This document shows, piece by piece, positions 12,208 through 22,812 of a DNA stretch of 46,856 nt. A model generated the notes under the pieces. That model was not told the origin of the DNA and made no database searches. It saw nothing but the letters and a program-made list of their open reading frames with translations. The stretch lies in the NCBI GenBank assembly GCA_904063045.1, contig CAJFCJ010000086.1, positions 1-46,856 on the forward strand, written 5' to 3'. Each line of letters opens with the position of its first letter. The stretch's first letter is position 1. A program made the translations under genes and the position numbers. The DNA is from Dimorphilus gyrociliatus (Eukaryota; Animalia; Annelida).

Positions 12208-13398
12208 ATGCTTTTTTTGAATATAAAAAAAGGAGGTATTCATAAAAGTGTGATTGAGTCTACCCCAATGAAAGATTTACTACATTACATGATATACTTT
12301 AATTTTACAGTTAGAGTTTGTATCTATCTTTATGATATTCTTACAATTAATAAAAAAGAAGCAATAAACATTTATAAAGATACAGACATATCAGAAGAGA
12401 AGATAAAGACAGATTTATTTAAAAGGAAGCTTCAAAAAGTAACTTATATCTTTCTTCATTTTTTGTCATTTCTAATGGAGATAGCGGTTCTAAAATATAA
12501 TTATTTTGATAAAATACAAACATTTTTAGAATCCAAACTTAGTCATAAAAGCAGTACTATAATTATACTTCTTATTTTTTATAGTTTAGTTGCTCCTATA
12601 TTTTGTTTTACAACCTTTTTTAATATACTAAACACTATAGGTGGCAATTTAATAATATTTTTTCTTTTTTATGCCTTATTTTGGTTCTTTTTTCTATTCA
12701 TTTATGTATTTATTATGAATATATATGTTCTTGCAGTTATTTCTACTATTTGCATTTTTTATCCAATATATGACATTTTCTTTGGAAATCCCGATGTGGC
12801 TGTTAAAAATATTGATTTAAAAATTAATAAAAAAACAAGAGATATGTTAGGATCTATAGAAGTTTATGAATCACCTACGGAATTTTCTACTTTCACTACC
12901 TTCAGAACTATTAGTAAAAAAGTAATATTAATTAAAAATTCTGAGGAAATGGAAGACCATAACGGAATCATTTTATTTGGTATTAACTTTATTAATTCAG
13001 GGTATAATTTTATTATCGATATTCTTTATTCAGTATTTAATTTATTAATTGCGCTGTTTATTGGCTATTTTGGAAATATGTTTGATCTCATGATTTATTA
13101 CGATTTCACTAGTATAACAAAAAACATGATTTATATATGTTTAATGTTTAACATTGCGTTTAAATTGTTTTTTCCTATTAAATTTTATATTATTTCATTG
13201 TTATATTCTGACTCTGATAAATTTGCAGCTAAAAACGGTGGAGGTGATGGCTTAAGAAATCTATACATTAAAAAAGGAATAGAAGACGATGAAAACATCG
13301 CTAATAATGGTTATTCCAATTATCTAGAATCTATTATGAATGATGTTTTTAATAAAGTGAAGCTATTAAATGAGAACATAAGTGGTGATGTTGTTTAG
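12208..13398 (+). CDS. Peptidase M48 (Ste24/CAAX protease)-like multi-pass membrane protein, apparently lacking HExxH; true start uncertain
   Basis: Several TM segments. STFTTFRTISKKVILI resembles the Ste24 NAYF-G---KRIVL segment and SDSDKFAAKNGGGDGL resembles E-EAD-FA---GY---L. Family assignment is by motif recall only. Confidence 0.6.
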   Translation: MLFLNIKKGGIHKSVIESTPMKDLLHYMIYFNFTVRVCIYLYDILTINKKEAINIYKDTDISEEKIKTDLFKRKLQKVTYIFLHFLSFLMEIAVLKYNYFDKIQTFLESKLSHKSSTIIILLIFYSLVAPIFCFTTFFNILNTIGGNLIIFFLFYALFWFFFLFIYVFIMNIYVLAVISTICIFYPIYDIFFGNPDVAVKNIDLKINKKTRDMLGSIEVYESPTEFSTFTTFRTISKKVILIKNSEEMEDHNGIILFGINFINSGYNFIIDILYSVFNLLIALFIGYFGNMFDLMIYYDFTSITKNMIYICLMFNIAFKLFFPIKFYIISLLYSDSDKFAAKNGGGDGLRNLYIKKGIEDDENIANNGYSNYLESIMNDVFNKVKLLNENISGDVV

Positions 13399-13712
13399 AT
13401 TAAACAATTTTTATTTATATTAAAGGTTTTAGTTATTTCATTTATATTTCTTTAGGGAAGTAATTAACGAATAGACTTTCCTTTGAGTTATATAACATTG
13501 ATAACTTGAAAAGGAGTAAAAATGTTTATAATATTTTATTTATTACAATTTTTGTCTTATAAAAAGAAGATATGAGTAATTTTTATAAATTCAACATATA
13601 ACTCATATTATAAACATATTTAATAATTACTAGACATTAAATAATATAAAGAAGAGACAAAGCTAATCTTTATTAATTTTCTGTTCATAATTGAAATTTA
13701 AATTATAATTTG

Positions 13713-15653
13713 TGTTAGAACGAATAACACACCCCTCAACGAATAAACACCCCTAGTTTTCCTATTAATTTACCACAAAAAAAATTTTTTTTAATTATTT
13801 TTGAACCCTTTTTTGTTATTTTGGTAAGGACGAATAAACGCCCATACCAAAATAGCACAAATCGCTTAGGGCGGGATAAGTAAATTAATAGGATTTTTGA
13901 TTTTTTTGTCAAACATTAACGAATAAACGCCCCTATCAAATTACCACAAAAAATTTCTACTAATTTAATATAAAATTTTTCAATAAATATTTTTAATAGG
14001 GATTTGTCTACGATTTTTTGATTTTGTAGATCATCTTTAATAGTGAAATTGTTATTAGAGATATCAATAACTGTATAAATTTCACTATAATATAATAAAA
14101 CTAAAGGATGGCGTCTTGTATTTATATTTGTACTAAAATCCTTTGCAAGAATACATTTATCTGCTATATTTAATTCTCTATTATCTCTAATTCGTCTATT
14201 ATGTTCTTTAGTGTATTGTCTAACATAATTTATGATCTATCTCTTGCTAACTATAGAACATCCATATTGTCAAAATTAACATTGTTCGGATCTTTTCCTC
14301 TGAACAACACATAAGGTTTGAAGGTTGTAGCGCTATTTATTGTATTATTATATTGATAAACAATATCATCATGTAAGTTAATCCATTTTTCTGTTCCTTC
14401 TAATCCTTTCCTTAACCTCAGTTTTAGGGTTCTATTAAGCCTCTCTATTACTCCCTGGTATTGAGGATGTTTGGGTCTACCTGTTATGTGAGATATATTA
14501 TATTTACTACATAATCCAAGCATATTATTATTTATAAACTCACGACCATTATACGTATGTAGTATAATCCATGGTCCTTCAATTCTGAATATATTTGCAA
14601 AAATATTGTATACTGTTGAAGCTTGTTTATTTTTTAATTTTTAGCTGAATACATATTTTGAGAAACAATCTATCAAACTAAGTATGTACTTATATCCTTC
14701 ATTAAGCTCTGCATATCTAGATAAATCGATTATATCAGCTTGTAATCTTTCATACACACTATATACGACTATAGGTCTAATTGGCGCATACTAGATATAG
14801 GGACTACTTTCTGACATCATTCACATGATGAAATATAATTTTTTATATAAGACTCTGTAATATTAATATAGTGGGCTTCTATATTCTGCTTTATTTTTCT
14901 AGAACAAGCATGGCGTGGTAAATTAAATTGTTAGATTATAGTGTTTCTTCCTTCTTCATCATAGCTGCTTATATACTTTCTGATTTCTGGCCCTTTCTTT
15001 AAATATAACTCATTGTTTTTTATTAAAAACTGTTGTGCTTTGGTTTTAAATGTACGTTTTTGGTATTTACTAAGACCATTAGGGTATATCGTATTTCTTA
15101 AATAAGCAATTAATTGATCTTTTTCGGTAGAAGTATTAATATTAGGAATTTTTGGCATGGGACAAAAAATGTCAAAAACTTTTAAAACATTATTTTTACT
15201 ATAAAGATCGTATCAAAACAATTAAATATATGATATATCACAAATGTACAAAAAATAATAAATAAATTAAAATTGTTATAGTTTTAAGAATTGAAAAATG
15301 TATTGATATAATACTTTTAAATAAAGGTAATTTTTTAAGATTACCTGACAAATTTATTGATTAATAATTAAAAATATTTAAGGAAAAATTTTATATTTAA
15401 TTATTAGGAATTTTTTGTAGTAATTTGGTAGAGGCGTTTGTTCATTGTTTTTTGACAAAAAAATCAAAAATCCTATTGATTTACTTATCCCCACCCTAAG
15501 CGATTTGTGCTATTTTGGTAGGGGTGTTTATTTGTCGTTACCAAAATAACAAAAAAGAGTTCAAAAATAATAAAAAAATGTTTTTTTTGTAGTAAATTAA
15601 TAAGAAAACTAGGGCGCGTTTATTCTTTGAGGGGTGTATTGTTCGACCCTACA
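13713..15653 (-). mobile_element. Ginger-like integrase DNA transposon, copy 2
   Basis: Ends TGT (13713) and ACA (15653); ~280-bp TIRs; integrase fragments 14251..14523 and 14931..15158. Confidence 0.75.
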
Positions 15654-16197
15654 TTAAATAATATAAAGAAGACACAAAGTCAACCTTTATTAATTTTCTA
15701 TTCATAATTAAAATTTAAGCTATAACTTGTTATAAATTTATGTTATATTATCATAAATTGCTAGTCTAGCCATTAATTCAGTTAAGCAAGAGATATACTT
15801 ATATTTTAAATAAGATAGTATTTAAAACTAAATACTTCACTAATTTTTAATTCTCTTTGGTTATAGAATTTATTTTCAACTTGTATTTTTTTAAGTAAAT
15901 TTTATGATATAAATGTTTCAGTGGAAATTATTCAATAACTATTTCTTATAAACTTTTGTCTTTTGTCAAATAAGTAAAAACTGACGTGTAACCACCAAAT
16001 GGGAATAATTTATCAAAAAAATGTATAACATAATATTTTAATTTAAATAGTGTTTCTAGTAATTTAGCTAAATTGAAAATAGAATAATTATTTTTTAAAC
16101 AAATATTTATAAGATTGAAGTATATTTTGATGAGATATAAAAATCAAAATTGTCCTTTTACAGAAAAAGTATAAAGTATAGAAACTTATAGCAGCCC

Positions 16198-17235
16198 ATG
16201 CTAATCATGTTTAATCTATTAAGCACTGTATTCTCAGCTGACTCTGTAGAAGTGTCGCTTCACAGTTTAATTAATAAGAAAATACAAAGTCTAGGCGAAC
16301 AATTGATTGAAAGAAGTCAACTTGTTGAGGATACCTCAATTAATCCTCAGGAATTAATTGAAAAGTTTATGAGTTATGATAAAAAAGTGTTTTTGAACCC
16401 AAATAGCCTAGAAAAGGAAGAGATAATCATTAAACAATGTTTCTTAATTACCGCAATAGAAGATACGCTAAATATGCTTAAAAAGGAACAATATGCTGAG
16501 TTAGAGAATTTTATTTATTATTTAGATAGCAAACTTTCAGATCCAGATACTTTTGTTCATAATAAACCATGGATTTTAAATGAAAACCATTTACAAAGAA
16601 AAGATGATAGTATTGATTCTAAAAAAAAAACTAGAAAACTAAAAGAAACTATGCAAAATAAGTCTAAATTGAGATCAGAAAATGACTCGATGTTTGATGA
16701 ATCTTCTAAATCAATTCATGTCAAAAATTTAAGGTTAGGTAAGATTGTTATTCGGAACTTCCATTGTAATTCCATATTCAACGAAGAACCTAAAAATTCT
16801 ATAGGAAAGGAGATTTTAAGTTCATTGGAGGTTGATATAAATCCCTCTTCCGAAGATGAATATTCATCTAATACAGTTGATTCTACAGAGCTATCTTCAG
16901 ATGATAAAGATATATCAAGAACTTCTAAGCAAACAGACCAAGATAGTAGCTCTAGTGATGATGATTACCAAAAGGAAGATCTAGAAGAAGGAATTAACAA
17001 TAGTGAAGAAACCAAACCATTGCTAGAGGACTTTAATAGGGAGTTCAAAGAAAACGGTGAAGTAGTTACGAAGTATTACACTAATAATAAGTATGAAACA
17101 CTAAAAGAAGATGAAGCTTGTAATAGTACTAAGCGAAATGATGAAAAACAGCCAGAAACCGAAGTTATAAAGTCTGGTTTGAATAAAGAAAATGAACGAA
17201 TAATTTCAGAGTCGCATGAAATTAATAGTAATTGA
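16198..17235 (+). CDS. Hypothetical 345-aa protein with predicted signal peptide and acidic Ser/Asp/Glu-rich C-terminal half
   Basis: Long intact ORF; CCC directly before ATG; hydrophobic leader MLIMFNLLSTVFSA; identical mirror copy. Confidence 0.85.
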   Translation: MLIMFNLLSTVFSADSVEVSLHSLINKKIQSLGEQLIERSQLVEDTSINPQELIEKFMSYDKKVFLNPNSLEKEEIIIKQCFLITAIEDTLNMLKKEQYAELENFIYYLDSKLSDPDTFVHNKPWILNENHLQRKDDSIDSKKKTRKLKETMQNKSKLRSENDSMFDESSKSIHVKNLRLGKIVIRNFHCNSIFNEEPKNSIGKEILSSLEVDINPSSEDEYSSNTVDSTELSSDDKDISRTSKQTDQDSSSSDDDYQKEDLEEGINNSEETKPLLEDFNREFKENGEVVTKYYTNNKYETLKEDEACNSTKRNDEKQPETEVIKSGLNKENERIISESHEINSN

Positions 17236-18145
17236 TTTAATCTTCTAATTAATTAAAATTATTAATGGAAAATGTAATTTAATGTAGTTTTTAATAGTTT
17301 TAGATTTTATTCGTGCCTTTTGTTGATTTTATTAAATCAATATCCTATTGGTTAAATACATCCTCTATATAAATAAGTTACTTTTAATCACCTTTGATGG
17401 TCTTAGTTAATATAAAACTAAACTTATGATAAAATAGAGTGATTTTAAGGAACTAAAAAAATGTTACCAAAAAGTAACAACAATAATCTGACTGTATATA
17501 TAAATTAAAAGCGCTCTTTAATTATTAGGATATATTGAGTATAATAATAGCATTTCTATTATTTCTATTTCGAAACTCTTGGAAACATAAAATTCTTTAT
17601 TTAATATTAAAAAAATTCTATTTTAGGATTATCACTATTTCTAACTTAAATTAAGTTTATATATTGCAAACTATAAATAAACAATGAATACTGTTCTGCA
17701 ATAACCTTGAACTTTAGTGAACCCCTCATTTCATCTCTAATGCCTTAATTTGGTGCTTATTTCAAATATTTGTTTTATTATCAAATTCATTTAATAGGCT
17801 TTTTATAAAATGTGGGAAAATTATAAATGTTTTGCTATAAATTTCACGACTTTGACCTATTTTTTTATTAGTTTAGCCCCGCAATTCTGACGAATTAAGA
17901 AAAGTTTTATGAATAAAAAATCAAAAAAGTCAATTTAAAGCTATTTTCAACAAAAATATAGTTTAAAGTTTTCTGTTTAGTTGTTTAACATATAAACCGA
18001 TTATTTTTTTTGAGCTAATAAAAATTATAAGTCATTGTTCAATTTCATAAAAAAAAACTTAAATAGATATTTAGTATAAATGAGAAATACCACTTTAATT
18101 TAAAAATAATATAAATTTACTGATATCCCGACAATTATTAAAAAA

Positions 18146-19381
18146 TCAAAAGGTCGATCTCTTTGCATTAAATACTCTTGAAAATAGATTTTTAAGTGGA
18201 TAATATTCTGTTTTTCCATTTAAATAGTTTTTATAATGTTCTACACCATCCTTGTAAGCTCTTATATATTTTTTTTTATACTTGATTTGCTGTTTATCTG
18301 AAACTTTTATCGCATTTAATCTTACCATATTATGACCGTCGAGCTCTTTAATGTTAAAAGGTGGGTCAACATCAGCATCCGTTGAATCTGAGTAATCCAC
18401 AATCGATTTCATTGTTCTTTCAATAATACATTTTATTGTTTTTGTTTCTGGAAAAAAAGATGTCATTAATTTATCACAAATAGTAAGACTTAGCTTATTT
18501 TCTACGATTAAACTACCTAATAAATAAACGTTATAGTCCAAATGAATAGTAAATCCATATAATGGTTGGCCTAAATAATTATAATCATAGATATTATATG
18601 TAATGATCTCCTTAAAGTATTTGATGAAGGTGAAAGGCGGGGTTAAATGCTGGATAATATCTATATCGTCAATATATTGCTCAACATCACTATGTACCCC
18701 TGTTGGTGATATTAAGTTTACGGCATTTGACACTATTTTATCATTCTTACAAATTATACACTCAATTTCTGGATTTTCTGTAGAAAAATAAAGAGGATTA
18801 AAATTTAAAATACATGGCTTGGCATGGAATTTATGTTTACACGAAAATATTACCTTGAATGTATCATCTGTAAAATGCTTGTTACAATAATCACACATGT
18901 TAATACTCAATGCATCATTTAATTGCTTCAAATCATATAAAACATTCCTTATTGTACCATCTTCTTTTATATGATCCGTATATAAATGAAATTTCATTGA
19001 ATTTTTTAAAGCGGATAGACTCTTAATGACTTCATCAACTTTCATACTATTAATTTTTCGAACTAATACATATAACCTCTTTTTGAAGCTAGATAAATCA
19101 TCTCTAAACATATTCAGTCTTAAATACAAAATATATTCATCATATAAAGAAATTATATCATCACTTCTATTCCCAAGTCGCTCTTTCAGTTCGTAATTGT
19201 CTAATGCTTTTTTTAGAAACTTCATCTTAATGTTTAGATCGGCCACAAGCTTTTCTTCACTTTGCTGAAATCTTTTTGTTTTTAACTCTAGCGTCGAATT
19301 CATATCTTTAATTCTCGAAAAAACATGCGCTTTGTTATAACCAATTAAAAAGTTAATCATATAATTAAAGAAAGAAATCAT
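18146..19381 (-). CDS. RING-H2 zinc-finger protein (putative E3 ubiquitin ligase), 411 aa
   Basis: CDYC-x14-CKHKFHAKPC-x16-CIIC pattern (C3H2C3-like); CC before ATG; helical N-terminal region. Confidence 0.75.
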   Translation of the reverse strand: MISFFNYMINFLIGYNKAHVFSRIKDMNSTLELKTKRFQQSEEKLVADLNIKMKFLKKALDNYELKERLGNRSDDIISLYDEYILYLRLNMFRDDLSSFKKRLYVLVRKINSMKVDEVIKSLSALKNSMKFHLYTDHIKEDGTIRNVLYDLKQLNDALSINMCDYCNKHFTDDTFKVIFSCKHKFHAKPCILNFNPLYFSTENPEIECIICKNDKIVSNAVNLISPTGVHSDVEQYIDDIDIIQHLTPPFTFIKYFKEIITYNIYDYNYLGQPLYGFTIHLDYNVYLLGSLIVENKLSLTICDKLMTSFFPETKTIKCIIERTMKSIVDYSDSTDADVDPPFNIKELDGHNMVRLNAIKVSDKQQIKYKKKYIRAYKDGVEHYKNYLNGKTEYYPLKNLFSRVFNAKRSTF

Positions 19382-19413
19382 GGATACAAAAATAAATTCT
19401 TTTAAATTTTGTT

Positions 19414-19423
19414 AACACGTGTT
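19414..19423. promoter_or_regulatory. Palindromic AACACGTGTT (E-box core) 32 nt upstream of the RING gene ATG
   Basis: Same motif at identical spacing upstream of the 245-aa gene. Confidence 0.5.
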
Positions 19424-21279
19424 TTTACTCTGTTTGTTAAAAGTGATAAATTGTTATAAAAACTCTTAATAAAATAAGAAAACATCTTACAATATTGAAT
19501 CTATTAGCCTTTCTTATTAAATATAAAAAAATAGGCTCTAGTCAATAAACAATCAACACTCATTTATATATTTTTAGTAACGTTATATTTTTGATCAACC
19601 TTCCCTAAATAGCATGGAATTTGGAAATTAGTTTACAACTTGTTTTTCACCAGAACCTCCATATTATTTAAATATTAGAATATTTATTGAAAATCATTTT
19701 ACGCTTTATTTCAACTAAAGTCATATTTATTTACAAAAAGGAGATCTTTTTTCTTAAGATGTAAAAAGCTAAAAGTTTTACAAATATTAGATAAATAGAT
19801 GTTTTGATAAACTTAAGCTTTGTTGAAACCAATCTAAAATTTAGTAAATATAAATTTTAAAATTTTCTTTCTATTATTACACTATTGAAAGTGAAGTTAG
19901 GTATTCTAAAAAAAAAGCTTCCAAGATTAAAATAACTAAAAAGAGTTTATTGAATATCATATAATACATATTTGTTTTTATACAAAATTTTCTATAAATT
20001 GAATTCTCATTCTATATTAGTATAAGTTTTATATAAAAATCCCCTCTTATATTGGATAAGCACTAGTTACAAGAAATAAAATATTCTGTTTTAAGATTAA
20101 AGTTAGAGAAATAATAACATTATTAGTAATAGCAACGAAAAGACAGCGTTTTTTAATCTAAAATCTAGATATCATCTCAAAAAGTTATAAAATAGGAATT
20201 ATCGAAAGAATACCGAATTCTAGTAGAAGAAACTCTTTTTTCGTATATCTATAAAGATTTTATTAAGGACCGTTTAAAAAATTCACTTTTGTCATCAAAA
20301 TAGGTGTTAAAATTTATATCAGTCAATGTTTTTACAAATACTATAAGAAAAACATTAAATAAGCTCCAGTACTAAACATTATTTATCTAGATTAATCAAT
20401 CAATACGGGAACCATTAAGGGAGTAAAGACTAGATATTAATGAAACAATGTTATATGGGGATAAATTTAGATTCCTACTATGTGAATGTGATAGAAAGGA
20501 GTTGTTATGAATAAAATAATAAGAGGTTTAAAACCCAAAACGATTTAATCTAAACAAACCATACTTTTGAAGAGAAATTAATATACGGGAATGTATGTAT
20601 TAAAAGGCCTAGGAAACCATGTCCAGAACATTTCAAATTATACTATCTTAATATTAAAAATGCATTGATAAAGGCTAATCTAGCAGATTTATTTTTCAAT
20701 AAGACAATACTTTTTGTCACGTGTCTAAAGTCAAAAAACAACTTAAAAAAAATGAAATAGGGGAAATAAGCTTTTTCATAAGATCACAATATCTAAACCT
20801 ATAGATGTTATTTTTTTGAACTATTAGTAAAAGTAAATTGAAAAAGTACATAAAATCACTGATTATATCAGATATGTAAACTAACGAATTATGGAATAAT
20901 ACAATAGAAGAATTCAAGTCTAAATATTTAAAATCAATAAAAATAGTTTTAAGCTACATTAACAAATAAAATACCTTTAATTAATTATTAAATATAATTT
21001 TCTAAATCCTATAATTTTTTTCACAAAATATCTAAAAATTATAAAAAAAAATAAAATAACAAACATTTATTATAAAACATCCAATAAAACTTTATCAATT
21101 ATATAAATTCATTCTTTTTATAGTATTTGTTTTTCAGAGAATCATAAAAAGATAAATTTTTTAAAAAAATTATATAAATTTATATTCAATTTTATAAAAC
21201 AATTTCAATATTAAAGCTTTTTTAAAAAACAATTTTATTTTCAAAATTGAATCTAAAAAAAACACTTTTAATAATTTTT

Positions 21280-22367
21280 TTACAAATTTTCTGTAAATTC
21301 TAACAATTTATCCACCTGTCTAGCTTCAACAATATTTTCATCTTTGACATTTTCACTAATAATTAAAGCTTCCATGCTTTGATCTATATTTCCATGAATT
21401 TTACCATCTAATATTAATAACCTAAGCTTATTCTCTACTAAGCTTTTATCAAAGTTTAGTTTATCTGCGATAAATTGTATCTTAAGTTGTGAATAAGGTT
21501 TGACTATTTTTAAAATGTTAGCATTTAAGGTTAAGTCGTATAAATACTCTAAATGTTTCTTTAAAAAGTCATCTAAAATTTCATAATTCTCACTTAAAAG
21601 TTCATTAAAACTTTTAAGATTTTTATTTTCACAAGATTTTTTAATTTTCATCATAAATTCTATTATTTTTTCATTTATGCAAATTCTATAATTTTTATTT
21701 TCAAAAATTCCATTAATTTCTTCAAATTTTTTTAAAATAATTTTACATAAAATTAAGTAACTCAAACATTTCAAATATTCATTATTTTTATAGTCTTTTG
21801 AGATGTCTAGAGCTTCTAAAAAGTAGGCAGTTGCAGCCAAATAGCTTCTATCATCACAAGAGTACATACCACTCCTCATATCTATCTCTGACATAATCTT
21901 AGGATTATACAAACCTAGTGCTAATGCTCTCGCACTTGTCAATGCACTTTTAGCTTTTGAACTGTTTTTAATAGAATAATAAACCTTACTTTCAATTACA
22001 TACAAAGTTATTAACTTTATTTTACATCAATCTTCTTTAATTTTTTTACTAATTTTTTAGTGACTCTTAAACATTTCCTATAGTTCTTATTAAGCATTAA
22101 CAATTCACAAATTTTTATTTTAACTTCATTACAAATAAATTTTCTTTTATGCTTTTTTAAATATTTTTTTAGTTTTTTTAAAAATTCTAAAATTTCATCT
22201 TTTGATGACTTTTTTAAATTTTGTTCTTCAAAAAGACTTTGTAGTAGTATTTTTATTAGTTTATCAGAGTTGTGTTGTGGTTCTGGTGAAGACTTAACCA
22301 TGTTTAAGAGTTCATCGTAGTTGAAATTTGATATTAGTATTTCAATTTGTTGGTTTTCTGTTTGCAT
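21280..22367 (-). CDS. RPN6: 26S proteasome regulatory subunit Rpn6 (PCI domain), left copy with a 1-bp deletion near 22025
   Basis: Mirror of intact 35525..36613; the frameshift is probably a consensus error. Confidence 0.85.
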
Positions 22368-22440
22368 TGATGGGTTCAATTATTTTATTTAATAAATAAA
22401 TTAAAAAATATTAATTAATTAAAAAAAATAAATTTTTAAA

Positions 22441-22800
22441 AAAATTATGCATAAACAAAAGAGTTATAAATTAAAAAAGAGAATTTAAAAAAAAATTTAA
22501 AAAAATTATGCATGAACAAAAGAGCTATAAATTAAAAAAAAGAGAATTTAAAAAAATTATGCATGAACAAAAGAGCTATAAATTAAAAAAAAGAGAATTT
22601 AAAAAAATTATGCATGAACAAAAGAACTATAAATTAAAAAAAAATAAAAAAAATAAAATAAAAGAGAATTTAAAAAAAATAAATAAATTTTTAAAAAAAT
22701 AATGCATAAATCCAAGAATTTATAAAATAAAATAAATTTTTAAAAAAATAATGCATAAATCCAAGAATTTAAAAAAAATAAAATAAAATAAAAGAGAATT
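22441..22800. repeat. Tandem ~51-bp units (ATGCATGAACAAAAGAGCTATAAATT...) plus two ~49-bp variants in the divergent Rpn6/cullin intergenic region
   Basis: ATGCAT at 22447, 22508, 22559, 22610, 22702 and 22751; three near-perfect 51-bp units. Confidence 0.9.
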
Positions 22801-22812
22801 TAAAGACCCTAA

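Larger units (their letters stand above)
1..16525. repeat. Giant interrupted palindrome 1: arms 1-7709 and 8782-16525, non-palindromic spacer 7710-8781 (interior of Tc1 T1)
   Basis: Mirror ORF pairs (1358..1585+/14931..15158-; 5021..5239-/11255..11473+; 5629..5835-/10658..10864+). Bases 1-25 are the reverse complement of 16501-16525. Symmetry breaks at the inner TIR edges 7709/8782. Confidence 0.98.

Noticed and set aside
19900-20920. Possible very decayed transposase (weak Merlin-like fragments) between the RING and Rpn6 genes
   Set aside because: Too few motifs and no ends found; needs a profile search.
22508-22702. 64-aa Lys-rich ORF
   Set aside because: By-product of the 51-bp (multiple of 3) tandem repeat.
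22441-22800. CRISPR-like reading of the 51-bp repeats (and of the 33-bp repeats at 25253-25356)
   Set aside because: Units are contiguous tandem repeats with no unique spacers, no cas genes are present, and the context is eukaryotic.
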